A stretch of DNA of 61,822 bases from a virus (IMGVR_UViG_3300036832_000756:1-61822); one strand, 5' to 3'. Positions 47,101 through 55,985 are shown, counted from the stretch's first letter. Numbers and translations are program-made. The notes: generated by a model not told the origin, from the letters alone.

Positions 47101-47240
47101 ACCGGATCGACCGGTCCACGAACTTCACCGGGCCGATCACGGTGCAGGCCAACGACCCGAACGAGCTGCTGGCCAAGCTGCAGGCCCGTCAGCGGGTCCG
47201 CGCCCTGAGCCGCCCCTCCCTGACAGGATCAGCGGCATGA
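41145..47240 (+). CDS. tape measure protein with C-terminal M23 peptidase and phage-tail lysozyme domains
   Basis: 2031 aa, Ala-rich helical; YAHL..AHLHFG (~45800-46195); AGIMGNMQSES..GLVQWT..YER (~46520-46935). Confidence 0.93.
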   Translation: MTSQPVEANVVLTADNSGYDQAMGQSATATDRVSASVDALGNKITKMTKVAGKSLIGISVADTGMIVGATKAWNDYEKQMARLNSQSAVLSRTQDQQTKVMKDYTGAVKNLRSEFGTSTSEAAKLVETLSKVTSVKQSRDLQDLSQVFIKMAAATGESSEGLASSLTNLQKIMGTPINAQQSKKYADTFTYLAAQTNSSAQGLMDFTAQLAPVAKSLGMNTQQVAGFATAFTKAGADGGAAATAFTKVTGDLLKSLQSGSPELAHYANIVGTTQGNFRKLAKDNSAEAVVEIFESLARHSKSATTELNRLGLDGPRTIRQITQMMNAPGGIRASMGMAEDPRAKGATDRGYQATMAGLSDEFDKLQEDLKQTAEAFATYLGPALELFLKGMEKAASIVQSITEGPMGKFLQVVSGFLAPLAGAAGLLLLFAGALVKVASAFTLLRSSAAYGLREGFGGAAGLTKTGVDAEGRSMFGPMGGGALGKRGAQLAEGGTWIQRGLYTGGAFAGQGLGAFRRGGAVPESWYQTREALSSKIPWTEQYARPTEGTMRGPLSYLAGGVAKGIDEFVTPTFDAMRYADPTKRRQWVDREAPWAKLSQRADLVRSMGRTGLVEGQMDTVRSEIAKVHEDPLMTNEAREARLQELRTIRSETQQRVTSARAQESADREVIASQQLLTRENETAAASTKGLGASLGKLGANVGGGILGAGRAGLGAAWRSGMVGQGVAMGATIAGGMTGSNALMMGGTGAMIGSMLPGPGTVIGAGVGTAAGLAMDAAHANDSVTESIKNLNDQADEASRTGSGLSDLNQATLDSQKGLDDWSKSIGGSGSKLDYWFGAPKLSQITKAPGAVKNLVEGVLGSSDVEEAQKKQDEAVSKAKNTEAAIRDLAKASGVKLTGSDTNQRAQLEQFMSNRGQAALGAANIELPDFIAARKEGGAHYQQMIQQATAPGQANGMWDRLRTTAAGSAMLDDKTARQSIRYQGDVAKFYDATNEVFDKMRNSGMSYLDIIKSTEQAQQKIGDENTREYELQMAMSQKAQQALQMQAPQLGRAATFTQQLQLGATVMGIKPKTEEQATQIEQQKQATEQAIADNDAYFRQMLLAQQQYDRSRRRAQDDFALQRQYQEYDYNLQRSRAEESFNRMRARAVADYHRSVSRAWSDFNLQRSRQEDDYNHQLEVQAKQRVLSMNLYQRTDTQNTSSATWLSANAGDMISRMRTQIADLRKLRSFGVTDEAIQMYQLASPENQQELSRLVAEMTPRMAQRFNRNVSTMTRLSGRLGQDPGNLDAAEQERGYRQSRERGMADMRRTMQRGHDDFERGLRQQRQDFNIMMDQQAEDYETQQDRQLKAYHTSMHRAAVDMAHMADEITGSIESVLVRAHKKLTGSAQEQAGIALKAFQDLKASTTPEAVSLMQDLSRVFGFKYTNPLTGGGGDAASTMPSIGGRTTAGEASGSIAAPYHHGGPAPAYVPGAAPGSSPSAGGAAGFHAGGTVPGWSPGRDTVMVNLSGGEAIMRPEWARAIGEQNINAMNHAAKHGLITKTGGVAAGSGYADGGIYRPVKGGTLVQGPHDQFTGYTALDIGVPVGTPVYAVESGLISRSYDITGYEPRRKLPQDGYKSYGRVMYLQTDHGPTLVYAHLSKRGFSQGTHVQGGQAIGLSGNSGYVLGVTGAHLHFGDSDGNPGEFMGGDVGSGTIQGGVTGGEVSVGATMTRGQARRMVARDVLKAVYAKAEAAAAKMHGVHPLQAGMISQVINRMAIRKINQLVRTYGAPGAVGGGGLTSLDPAAGYGGGAAGVWRALTSAGFTKVQAAGIMGNMQSESGFDPFIVQGGGHSMNPAAAGGGGYGLVQWTPGSKLNSYLKGNPPSVASEVNALSAQLAGHGSSPEGAAGAALRQARSVAEAARAFEMKYERHAGPPQPNRTSQAQAIYDRYAADGAIIHKGPQRLVVGEEGPEAVIPLNDKGGEFLARSLGLTTAPMAGGSVSISNYRIDRSTNFTGPITVQANDPNELLAKLQARQRVRALSRPSLTGSAA

Positions 47241-47713
47241 GACAGCCCAAGCCCTTCGTCAGCGACCCCGAGCCCGGGCTGGGCTACCTGGCGGTGGAGA
47301 TCTCCTACGGCTCCCGGTGGGTCAACCTCAACGACGGGGAGAGCTACAAGATCAACGGCGACCAGACCCGGGACACCACCAGCAAGTCCTGGCGGAAGGT
47401 GACCGCGGACTCCCCGGTGCTGGGCGGCAACTACCTGATCCACGCGGTGCCGGACATGGTGAACGAGACGATCGCGGTCTGGATCTACGGGCAGTCCCAG
47501 TCCGAGGTGGCCGACAACCTGTTCGGGCTGAACATGCTCTTCGAGCAGTACGACTACCGGATCCGGTGGACCCTGGACGACTACCGGGAGTACTGGCGCT
47601 GCCAGCTGGCCGAGGCGGCGATGAGCCGGGGCATGGTCTGGACCCACTCACTGATGGCGATGGCCTCCTTCACCATCCCGCGCTACCCGGACGTGACCCG
47701 GGAGCGGATCTGA
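47237..47713 (+). CDS. minor tail protein (distal tail-like)
   Basis: Immediately after tape measure, ATGA overlap. Confidence 0.7.
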   Translation: MRQPKPFVSDPEPGLGYLAVEISYGSRWVNLNDGESYKINGDQTRDTTSKSWRKVTADSPVLGGNYLIHAVPDMVNETIAVWIYGQSQSEVADNLFGLNMLFEQYDYRIRWTLDDYREYWRCQLAEAAMSRGMVWTHSLMAMASFTIPRYPDVTRERI

Positions 47714-48168
47714 TGGCGGGCCGGCTCACGATGTGGGGTGCCAGCGAGGTGCTCACCACCTTCTTCGGCAACGGCGAGCAGAGCCGGGACGCCCCCGGCT
47801 CCTTCTGGCTGGCCCTGGTCCGGGAGATCGCCCCCACCCCGTACATGTCCGGGGCCGAGATCGATGAGCCGGACCAGGCCGACTACGCCCGGGTGGAGAT
47901 CCCCAACGACACCCTGAACTGGGACAACGCCTCGGCCCCGCAGGTGATCAGCAACCTGCTGGTGGCCTCGTTCGCGGTCGCGGTCACCGACTGGGGCGAG
48001 TGCCGGTTCTGGGCGCTGTGCAACGCGCCGATCGACGGCTTCAACTACCTGGTCGGCGACCTCGAGGTCCCGCTCCTGGTGAGTGCCGGTGACACCGTGG
48101 AGGTGAGCGAGGGCGATCTGGGCGTCTCCTTGGGGCCGTTCTTCTCCGCCGAGGACGAGGACGACTGA
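47713..48168 (+). CDS. minor tail protein
   Basis: FWLAL..P...E....YARV...W...F..AVTDWG pattern; TGATG coupling. Confidence 0.72.
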   Translation: MAGRLTMWGASEVLTTFFGNGEQSRDAPGSFWLALVREIAPTPYMSGAEIDEPDQADYARVEIPNDTLNWDNASAPQVISNLLVASFAVAVTDWGECRFWALCNAPIDGFNYLVGDLEVPLLVSAGDTVEVSEGDLGVSLGPFFSAEDEDD

Positions 48169-49151
48169 TGGCGGTCCAGCAGATGAAGCCGGGAACGACC
48201 GCGATCACGGCCCGGGCGATCACCAAGGCCGGGGTGGTGCCGCCGCAGATCCGGCAGCTGCCCGGTGGGCTGTACCCGCTGCACTCGGCCGCCTTCGAGA
48301 TGGACGAGTACCGGATCATGGCCGGCTGGCCGGTGCCGGTGCCGGCCTACGACATCCGCGCCGACACCCTGATGAGCGCCGACGGCACCGTGCTGGACGA
48401 CCGGGACCCGCCCACCTCGCTGATCACCGGGGCCACCTTCCGCTGGATCGCCGACGACAACTACTACGACATCACCTCGCTGCGCTGGGCACCGATCCAG
48501 GGCGACTGCCCACCGTGGACGGCCAGCCCGGGCAGCGACCCGACCCTGGTCACCGACTACGAGTACCGGGTCGGGGACGAGCGGTTCACCGAGATGACCG
48601 CCCTGAACTTCGACTCCGACACCGCCGACTACCTGGCCTGCGACCTGAACCTGGTGATGGGCGGCTCGAACGGCTACTCGATCATCATGGTGCTGAGCCC
48701 GAACTCGGTCTACGGCAACAACCCCGACATCCCGGCCAACGGCCTGTTCGGGCCGATGGGCGACGACCACGCGCCTCCCGGCTGGTTCAGCCTGAAGATC
48801 AAGGGCAGCTTCCTGTGGCTGGACACCGACGACTCCGACGAGCAGAAGGGGGTCTCGATCGGGACCGGGCAGAACAACACCGCTCCGATGTTCCTGGCCG
48901 TGGTCGTGGGCAGGCCTCAGGCGGCCCTGTACGCCGCCTCAGGGCCTTCCAGCATCCTGACCAAGCAGATCCCCACCGGGGATGCCAGCAGGGCTCTGAG
49001 GGGCGACTTCTGGCTGGGCCGGACCCCGCTCACGCCGGCCACCGCGGACATGGCGCTGTTCGACCTGGGCATCTACGGCGACATGCTCACCAGGACCCAG
49101 GTGGCCAATGAGTTCGCGCTGCTGTCCGGCATCTACGGGGGCGACACCTGA
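48168..49151 (+). CDS. minor tail protein
   Basis: 327 aa in the tail operon, beta-rich. Confidence 0.68.
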   Translation: MAVQQMKPGTTAITARAITKAGVVPPQIRQLPGGLYPLHSAAFEMDEYRIMAGWPVPVPAYDIRADTLMSADGTVLDDRDPPTSLITGATFRWIADDNYYDITSLRWAPIQGDCPPWTASPGSDPTLVTDYEYRVGDERFTEMTALNFDSDTADYLACDLNLVMGGSNGYSIIMVLSPNSVYGNNPDIPANGLFGPMGDDHAPPGWFSLKIKGSFLWLDTDDSDEQKGVSIGTGQNNTAPMFLAVVVGRPQAALYAASGPSSILTKQIPTGDASRALRGDFWLGRTPLTPATADMALFDLGIYGDMLTRTQVANEFALLSGIYGGDT

Positions 49152-51391
49152 TGCCGGACTCGCTGAGCGCCTACGCCTCCGACCAGGTGCCGCTGGGCTA
49201 CTTCCGGATCTTCGCCCAGCCACCAGGTGGCTACCGGCGCGAGATCACGATCTTCCGGGGTGCCCCGATCAAGGTGGTCAACGTGACCACCGCGGACCCG
49301 TTCACCGAGGTCACCGCCCAGATCGCGCTGCCCCAGGTCACCCCCTTCGACCATCCCGGCGAGGGTGACCTGGACTGGTGGGTGTCCGACTGCGACATCG
49401 ACATCGTGTTCCAGCCGACCGGGGCCTACGACTTCGACTGGCGCTGGGAGGGCTACATCGCCAGCGAGTCCTTCTCCCTGTCCGGTGCCGACGCCAGCGT
49501 CACCATCGACTGCAAGGGGGCCTTCTTCGGGCTGGACGACTACCTGGCCATCCCGACCTTCCCGCGCCGGCCGATCCCCTACGAGATCCTGATCGCCAAG
49601 GCCTTCGACCAGGACCAGCACCCCTCGCGGCTGGGCAGCTTCCAGATGCTGTTCCCGTCGTGGTGGTCCAAGCGGGTGCCGGAGTTCAACGACCCGAGCT
49701 ACCTGATCGCCCTGAAGCCGTACGGGATCAGCACCGGCCAGCTGTGGACCGGGTTCACCTCCCGGTCCACCGGGTCCTGGGAGCCGCTGCTGACCGGACA
49801 CGTGCAGAGCCTGCTCGGGGTGATGTACGGCTCGGGCGGCAGCCAGTGGAGCATCCGCAACCGGGGGAAGCGTCGGGCCGAGCTCTTCCTGCGCACCGTC
49901 CCCAACAGCCACGACGACTCGATCATCGAGATCTACCTGGGCGCGCCGGGGGTGGCCTTCGACGGCAGCCGGGACTACACCCAGCGGGCCGGGGTGATCT
50001 ACGGCCAGGGGGCCGACGAGGCCGGGATCACCTACAACGGGATGGAGATCACCCCGGACGGGCGGACCACCTACTTCAAGCCCTTCGCCTACTCCGCGCG
50101 GCAGTGGCCGCGCCGGAAGAACCCGATGTTCGACAAGCGGGTCAAGCCCAAGGAGACGCTGGTCTCCTTCGTGCAGGGCGTGGACGAGATCTCGGCGGTG
50201 GCCATCGCCCAGGCCCAGTACCAGCGGTTCGCCGAGCCCGGGATCACCGGGACCGTCACCCTGCTCACCGACCCGCGCTACGCCGACGGCACCCTGTGCC
50301 CGCGGATGATGATCAAGGCCGGGTCCACGATCCGGCTGCACGGGCTGTTCGGGGTCAAGGAGGGGGTGCTGGCCCACGTCACCGGGTCCACCGTGGACTT
50401 CAACGCGCTGAGCACCGCGCTGACCTACGACACCAAGTACCGCGACGCGCTGACCGTGGAGGAGGTGCGGGCCCGGACCCGGGACGCGCTGACCCCGCTG
50501 CGTGCCCTGCAGGTGGGCAAGTACTCCAACACCATCAACGACCTGATCATCCCGTGGTCCTACAAGCACGGCTCGGGGATCATCCCGACCCCGGCCAAGG
50601 ACTTCTTCGGTCAGCTGCCCTCCACCGCCCAGTTCCCGTACGAGGAGTTCACTCAGAAGTACCCGCCGAAGGACCCCGACTGCGCGCCCTGGTACGTCCG
50701 GATCGGCCCGACCGATGTGAACAACTCCTCCAACAACTGGTCCGGGGTGATCCGGGAGCAGAAGATGACCATGGCGGTGCCGATCCGGATGGGCCAGGCC
50801 GGGGACATCCGGCTCACCCAGATCGCCGCCTACGACCGGGACGGCAACGTGCTGCCGGTCAAGTTCCACTTCTCGCTGTACTACGGCAACGGGGTGGCCG
50901 CGGACGGGATGCCCAAGTTCCCGAGGGACCTGGACGCCTCCGACGCCCCGGACTGGCGCAGGCCCCACAACGTGGCCGGGCAGGTGATCCCGACCAACTA
51001 CAAGGTCTTCCAGTCCTTCCCGTTCTACAAGGGGGCCTGGGAGACCCAGCAGGAGGACGGCACCACCTTCCCCTGGAGCAAGGACGCCAACATCGTCACC
51101 AACGGGGCCGGGTTCGTGGTCGGCTGGGGCAACTACTACGAGCCCGCCGGCTACGCCCCGGGCCGGGCCAGCAAGGGAGCGAGGCGCTCCGGGCTGCTCG
51201 AGGACGCCACCAGCTGGAGCTGGAACATCTCCGGGCACCAGAACATCGACTTCACAGACCCGTCGCAGAACGTCAACGAGGAGTACCTCGGGATGCTCTT
51301 CGTGCAGTTCTACTGCGACGACCAGGACGACCAGCCGGTCTTCTTCATGGGTCGGCTGATCAGAACCGACCCCGTTGGCGGGGCCACCTAG
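49151..51391 (+). CDS. minor tail / baseplate hub protein
   Basis: 746 aa; WEGYI..IDCKG, MIKAGSTIRL hub-like motifs. Confidence 0.7.
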   Translation: MPDSLSAYASDQVPLGYFRIFAQPPGGYRREITIFRGAPIKVVNVTTADPFTEVTAQIALPQVTPFDHPGEGDLDWWVSDCDIDIVFQPTGAYDFDWRWEGYIASESFSLSGADASVTIDCKGAFFGLDDYLAIPTFPRRPIPYEILIAKAFDQDQHPSRLGSFQMLFPSWWSKRVPEFNDPSYLIALKPYGISTGQLWTGFTSRSTGSWEPLLTGHVQSLLGVMYGSGGSQWSIRNRGKRRAELFLRTVPNSHDDSIIEIYLGAPGVAFDGSRDYTQRAGVIYGQGADEAGITYNGMEITPDGRTTYFKPFAYSARQWPRRKNPMFDKRVKPKETLVSFVQGVDEISAVAIAQAQYQRFAEPGITGTVTLLTDPRYADGTLCPRMMIKAGSTIRLHGLFGVKEGVLAHVTGSTVDFNALSTALTYDTKYRDALTVEEVRARTRDALTPLRALQVGKYSNTINDLIIPWSYKHGSGIIPTPAKDFFGQLPSTAQFPYEEFTQKYPPKDPDCAPWYVRIGPTDVNNSSNNWSGVIREQKMTMAVPIRMGQAGDIRLTQIAAYDRDGNVLPVKFHFSLYYGNGVAADGMPKFPRDLDASDAPDWRRPHNVAGQVIPTNYKVFQSFPFYKGAWETQQEDGTTFPWSKDANIVTNGAGFVVGWGNYYEPAGYAPGRASKGARRSGLLEDATSWSWNISGHQNIDFTDPSQNVNEEYLGMLFVQFYCDDQDDQPVFFMGRLIRTDPVGGAT

Positions 51392-51399
51392 GAGGAGCA

Positions 51400-51786
51400 G
51401 TGGACGGCACCATCAGCGATGCCCAGGTACACCTGTGGCTGCAGGACATCGCGGACTCCGGCTACGTGTCCCTGCACTTCGACACCCCGGCGCTGGGCGG
51501 GATCGCCAAGGCGGAGATCTCCGGCGGCGGCTACCAGCGGTTCAAGATGAGCTGGTCCAACCCCGCCAACCGGGCGATCTGGAGCGTGGTCGATGCCAGG
51601 TTCACCGGCCTGGTGCAGACCAAGGTCACCTACTTCGGGATCTGGGACGCACTCGGCCAGCGGAACCTGGTCACCAAGAAGCCGGCCCTGCTGATGGCCT
51701 ACACCGAGCTCGAGACCCCGGTAGCGGTGCTGAACGGCAAGGGGTTCGTGATCCCGGCCGGCCAGATCGCGGTCAGCATGGGCTGA
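51400..51786 (+). CDS. minor tail protein
   Basis: GGAGGAG RBS, GTG; YVSLH..EISGGGYQR..GIWDA (related to 47713 gene). Confidence 0.72.
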   Translation: MDGTISDAQVHLWLQDIADSGYVSLHFDTPALGGIAKAEISGGGYQRFKMSWSNPANRAIWSVVDARFTGLVQTKVTYFGIWDALGQRNLVTKKPALLMAYTELETPVAVLNGKGFVIPAGQIAVSMG

Positions 51787-51791
51787 GTGCT

Positions 51792-51815
51792 GTGACCAGA
51801 GTGACCAGAGTGACC
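51792..51815. repeat. short tandem repeat GTGACCAGA x2.7
   Basis: gtgaccaga-gtgaccaga-gtgacc. Confidence 0.85.
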
Positions 51816-51831
51816 TGAAAAAGGGCAGCAA

Positions 51832-51924
51832 AAAAGACCCGGTGCCCCCTCCCGAAGGAGGGGGCAAGGGGCCCGGAACGCAGAAAAGACCCGGTGCCCC
51901 CTCCCGAAGGAGGGGGCAAGGGGC
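51832..51924 (-). terminator. duplicated 41-bp intrinsic terminators (leftward)
   Basis: Direct repeat 51832-51872 / 51884-51924; on the - strand TGCCCCCTCC-TTCG-GGAGGGGGCA followed by T runs. Confidence 0.85.
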
Positions 51925-51929
51925 TGGGG

Positions 51930-52295
51930 GTATGGCCGAGTGGGGCCCGTCTGTGGCGAGACGAGCCCCACCCGGTGTTCGGCTGCGACCGTGGCTCGGA
52001 CTCCCCCGAATCCATCACCACTCGCTGCCGCTGGTACCCGGACCGGAGGCCGACTCGAAGACTCGGGATCATGAGTCGGCCCCGGCCCGGGGGCTGAGGT
52101 GCCGGGCCCGCTCTCCCTCCCCCAGTGGAGAGCGGGCCCAGCGAGCCGCGACTGCGAGGTTCCTTGGATCCTCACACACGTCGCTGCCCCATGAACCCGG
52201 ACCTAGGGCCGGCCGTGAACACGCACGGCCGACCCCGGTCCGGGGGTCTGTGGCTGAACTTCGAGCCCAGCGGAGTTCAGCCTCCGACCGTGGTC
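51930..52295 (-). ncRNA. candidate large structured non-coding RNA
   Basis: About seven consecutive hairpins; most mismatches become G-U pairs on the - strand; ends at the terminators. Confidence 0.45.
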
Positions 52296-52302
52296 TGTGA
52301 GG

Positions 52303-52557
52303 TCACACTCCGTAGGCGACGATCGCGAGCGCGAGCCTGGAGAACACCAGGTCGCGGCCGTACTCGTCCCAGAACTGGACGAACTCCTCGCGCAGCCAGG
52401 CCATGAAGGCGCGTGCCGCGCCGAGGCCCTGGCGCATCTGCACGCCGAGCTTGGCCCGGGCCAGTCTCCAGAACCCGGATGGCGCTCCCTGGTACTGCTC
52501 CTCGAGCCGGTCCATCTCCAGGTTGATCTCGACCGGTGCCTCTTCGGTTGCGGACAT
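52303..52557 (-). CDS. hypothetical protein
   Basis: AGGAAGGGA RBS; 84 aa. Confidence 0.7.
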   Translation of the reverse strand: MSATEEAPVEINLEMDRLEEQYQGAPSGFWRLARAKLGVQMRQGLGAARAFMAWLREEFVQFWDEYGRDLVFSRLALAIVAYGV

Positions 52558-52681
52558 GGTGTCCCTTCCTGTGGTGGTTGATGAGCCCGCGGGAGAGCGT
52601 TACTACACGCTGATCGGACGCCTTCTCGCATCTCCCCGGCTCTCTTGCGGCCGCGGTTCTCGGCTGGCTGCAAGCTCAAGG

Positions 52682-53539
52682 TCAGGCGACCTCGGGCATG
52701 TTGTCGGCACCGCCACGGTGCCGTACGGTCTGTCGCTCGCGACCGTGTGCGTAGTCGTTCCAGGCCCGGATGCCGTTGGCCAGGAACGTGGTCTGCTTGT
52801 AGGTACCGGGCACCTTGGCGTAGCCACTCTCGGTGATGATCCACTGCCGGAAGGCCCGGATCGGGCTGCCCGCACCCAGGTCCACCCCGTCGGCCAGCCG
52901 GGTCGCGAACTCCTCCTGGGCGTCCGGTCCGAACTCGGAGTAGATGCTGATCACCGCGAGAAGGACCGAGGCCGAGGTCTTGGTCCCGTACCGGCCGATC
53001 CCCTTGGCGATCTGGTGACCCGGTGCTACCGAGTCCTGGACCGGCTTCCCGATCTCCGGGTTGGCCAGGGCGATCAGCACGTCGGCGGTGGTCATCGAGT
53101 TCGTGGCCGAGCCCAGCGTCGAGTTCGTGCCCACGATCAGGGGGTAGGCCAGCACCTGCCGGGTGACCGCCGAGAGCACGTTGGTGTCCCGGTAGCCGGC
53201 GATGTGCAGGCTTTCCCCGGGGGAACGCGCCTTGCCGACATCGATGACCCCGAAGGTCTCCGGGTCGGCGTCGAAGGCGACCCAGGAGGTGATGTGCCTG
53301 CGCTGGCTGGCGATGGCGGTGAGCCGGTGCCGGCCGTCGAGCACGAACCCGGTGGGGTCCAGGGCGATCGCCTGGTGGGTGAACTTCCAGTCACCGTTCT
53401 CGATCGCGTGCAGGATCTTGGCCAGGTTGCGCTGGTTGATGGGGCGCTGGTTGCGCTCGGGGGAGACGGCCAGCCACTCTCGGGCCATCGTGGGAGAGAT
53501 CTTGACCTCCTCCACGCGCATCTTGGGTGTAGTGGGCAT
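52682..53539 (-). CDS. ParB/Srx-like nuclease-domain protein
   Basis: NQRPI...GDW..AIALD..G.VLDGRHRLTAI; start ATG 53539 (or 53548). Confidence 0.75.
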   Translation of the reverse strand: MPTTPKMRVEEVKISPTMAREWLAVSPERNQRPINQRNLAKILHAIENGDWKFTHQAIALDPTGFVLDGRHRLTAIASQRRHITSWVAFDADPETFGVIDVGKARSPGESLHIAGYRDTNVLSAVTRQVLAYPLIVGTNSTLGSATNSMTTADVLIALANPEIGKPVQDSVAPGHQIAKGIGRYGTKTSASVLLAVISIYSEFGPDAQEEFATRLADGVDLGAGSPIRAFRQWIITESGYAKVPGTYKQTTFLANGIRAWNDYAHGRERQTVRHRGGADNMPEVA

Positions 53540-53544
53540 GATCG

Positions 53545-53835
53545 TCATTCCTTCAATGTAGTGAGGAACTCGAGGAACTGCTCGTGCACCGCCCGGCTCA
53601 TGCTGACCGGGATCTTCCCGGTTCCGGCCTGGTGGGTGCGTCCGGCGATGAAGTACAGGACGCACATGGCGATGATCTTGTCCCCGAGCTGCTCGTCGTC
53701 GGCGGCGAAGGTGTCCAGCCCCTGCAGCTCGAAGACTGCGGGAGCCATGGCTCTGACCTCGGCCTCCTCCTCGTCGGTGAGGTTGGTGCCCGCGGCGTTG
53801 ATGGCCGCGGTGGTGAAGGCATCGGAGATCTCCAT
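53545..53835 (-). CDS. hypothetical protein
   Basis: GGAAGGAG RBS before ATG 53835. Confidence 0.7.
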   Translation of the reverse strand: MEISDAFTTAAINAAGTNLTDEEEAEVRAMAPAVFELQGLDTFAADDEQLGDKIIAMCVLYFIAGRTHQAGTGKIPVSMSRAVHEQFLEFLTTLKE

Positions 53836-53857
53836 GCCACTCCTTCCGTGAGAGCCC

Positions 53858-53890
53858 CGGGGGGTCGGCCGGGGCATGGCCGACCCCCCG
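53858..53890 (-). terminator. 13-bp stem hairpin downstream of AAA ATPase
   Basis: CGGGGGGTCGGCC-7nt-GGCCGACCCCCCG. Confidence 0.6.
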
Positions 53891-53914
53891 AGGTGCTTGG
53901 TTGATGCTGGGTGG

Positions 53915-55483
53915 TTACGAACGGACCATGATCTCTCCGTCGCTGAGGTCCACCATGTGCCGCTGCAGCGCCTGCTCGACCAGCGCTCCGAGCGCCTCGT
54001 CCAGCGCCGGCTTCGGGGGCCGGTCGGTGGACATCTGGTGCATCTCGATGGACGGCCGCAGCGCCTTCGCCGCCCGCACGAAGTCCTCGGTCGCCAGCGG
54101 CTGGCCGAGCTTCTTGGTGCGGATGATGGAGTACTTCACCACGTCCTCCAGGGACCGGACGATGAACGCCGGCATCATCCCCTCGTAGGCCTGGTACAGC
54201 GCTCCGTAGTCCAGGTCCAGACGCTGCGAGGACGGGATGTGGCCGTCGATCAGCCGCTTCACGCCGGGCTCGTCCAGACCACCGATGGTGATGGTGTGGT
54301 CGATCCGGTGCCCGCCCTTCATGGACTTCGGGATCTCCTCGATGTGGTTGGTGGTCATCAGCAGCGTGACCTCGAACCCCTTCGATCGCATCCCGTCGAA
54401 CTCGTCCAGCAGCGAGTTCATCGCGTCGAGGTTGCGGAACAGGTACTCCACATCCTCGACCACGACCAGCGCCGGCTTGTGCAGTGCCTGGGTGAACCGG
54501 AGCACCTGGGTGAGCGGCTCGTTCCACTTGGCCTCCACGAAGGTGTGCCCGAACTCCAGGCAGTACTGCCCGGCGATGGCGCAGGCCATGGTCTTGCCAC
54601 CGCCGTTGTCGCCGCTGAGCAGCACGTTGTTGGAGAGCTTGATGTGGGTGAACTCCCGCTTCGGCTTCCCGGTCTCCTCATCGATGACCGCGTTGCCCTC
54701 GGGGTCCACCACCTCGAACCCCTCGGTGTTGCCCTCGCGGATCAGGTCCGCGTTCTCGATCAGCCCGTAGACGTGGGCCTGCAGCTCGCCCCAGTTGTCC
54801 TCGGAGTAGGCCACGATGCTGCGGTCCACCTCGTAGGGGTCGTAGAACTCCGGCTCCGCGGTGACCCCCCGCATCGCCTGACCCGCGTAGATCGAGTTCT
54901 CCTTGAGGAAGTCCTCGAACAGGGCGAAGAAGTTCGTGATGTCGTCCTCGAACTTCTTGGCCCCGTAGGCCTCCACCTGCAGCGCCGGCCCGTACTCCGG
55001 GTGGTGCACGGCGTTGAGGTGGAAGGTGGTCTTCCAGGGGGCGAAGAACAGCTGCCCCCACGGGACGTTGATCCGCTTCTTGGGGGAGACCTGCACCCGG
55101 ATGATCTGCGGGGGCTGGTCGCCGAAGAAGCTGCGCACCGCCTTGCCGACCGGGAAGTCCCAGATCTTGGCCAGCAGCTGGTTGAAGTTCCAGGCACCGT
55201 CCGGGGGACGGCACAAGAAAGTCGCGGAGAACTCGTAGGTGTCGGCCAGGGACTCGATCTTCTCGTTGATCGTGTCCCGGGCCTCCTCGAGCTCCATGGT
55301 CTTGGGCAGCGCGACCTTGGTCCCGCCGTCACTGCGTCGCTCGATCTTCTCGATCGTGGTGACGCGATCTCGTCCGTACTGCGCCAGCATCTCGCTGACG
55401 CTCTCCAGCTGCTGCTGACCCGCCTCCTCGGTCCACGGGTCCACGGGCTCGGTGTTCTGGGTGTTGCGCTTGGTTGTTGGCAC
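53915..55483 (-). CDS. AAA+ ATPase
   Basis: Walker A SGDNGGGKT, Walker B VVVEDVE, sensor MTTN, HRID. Confidence 0.88.
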   Translation of the reverse strand: MPTTKRNTQNTEPVDPWTEEAGQQQLESVSEMLAQYGRDRVTTIEKIERRSDGGTKVALPKTMELEEARDTINEKIESLADTYEFSATFLCRPPDGAWNFNQLLAKIWDFPVGKAVRSFFGDQPPQIIRVQVSPKKRINVPWGQLFFAPWKTTFHLNAVHHPEYGPALQVEAYGAKKFEDDITNFFALFEDFLKENSIYAGQAMRGVTAEPEFYDPYEVDRSIVAYSEDNWGELQAHVYGLIENADLIREGNTEGFEVVDPEGNAVIDEETGKPKREFTHIKLSNNVLLSGDNGGGKTMACAIAGQYCLEFGHTFVEAKWNEPLTQVLRFTQALHKPALVVVEDVEYLFRNLDAMNSLLDEFDGMRSKGFEVTLLMTTNHIEEIPKSMKGGHRIDHTITIGGLDEPGVKRLIDGHIPSSQRLDLDYGALYQAYEGMMPAFIVRSLEDVVKYSIIRTKKLGQPLATEDFVRAAKALRPSIEMHQMSTDRPPKPALDEALGALVEQALQRHMVDLSDGEIMVRS

Positions 55484-55544
55484 TACGGATGCTTCCCTTC
55501 AACTTCGATCGTTCCGAGTGTGCGTTCGATAAGCGATGAACCGT

Positions 55545-55931
55545 TCAGTCGTTCTCCTCTCTGTCCAGGTCCAGCAGGACCTGATCGAAGATCCAGTCCT
55601 GGTCCTCGGCCTCGGCCGAGCCGGGCTCGTAATCAATCGGATCGGTCAGCTGGAAGACCAGGCGGTGGCGCTCCGGGCTGGTGCCGTCATCGAAGATCTC
55701 GATGCTCACGTGCACTCCACCGCCGTCGGTGGAGCAGCCGACGAAGGCGGTGGCCAGCATCCGGCCCGACATCAGCAGGCGCTGACGCTTCCGTCTCGCC
55801 CAGAGAATGGACATGTTGTTGTTCGGGTCGAAGGTCTCGCTGGTGTAATCGGTATCGACCAGCAGGATGTGGTCCCGGACCTCACCGTCGCGGATCCGAT
55901 CGATCATGTAGTCCAACGTGCTGTCTGGCAT
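55545..55931 (-). CDS. hypothetical protein
   Basis: GGAAAGGAG RBS; MPDSTLDY... Confidence 0.7.
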   Translation of the reverse strand: MPDSTLDYMIDRIRDGEVRDHILLVDTDYTSETFDPNNNMSILWARRKRQRLLMSGRMLATAFVGCSTDGGGVHVSIEIFDDGTSPERHRLVFQLTDPIDYEPGSAEAEDQDWIFDQVLLDLDREEND

Positions 55932-55955
55932 GCGCTCTCCTTTCCAGAGCATGGG

Positions 55956-55985
55956 AAAGGGAGGGGCCCGGTGTGGGCCCCTCCC
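55956..55985 (-). terminator. intrinsic terminator-like hairpin
   Basis: GGGAGGGGCCC-5nt-GGGCCCCTCCC followed by TTT on the - strand. Confidence 0.6.

Noticed and set aside
51832-51924. 41-bp direct repeat as mini-CRISPR or att site
   Set aside because: Only two copies 11 bp apart, each a UUCG hairpin with a T-tract; duplicated terminator explains it, and no integrase is present.
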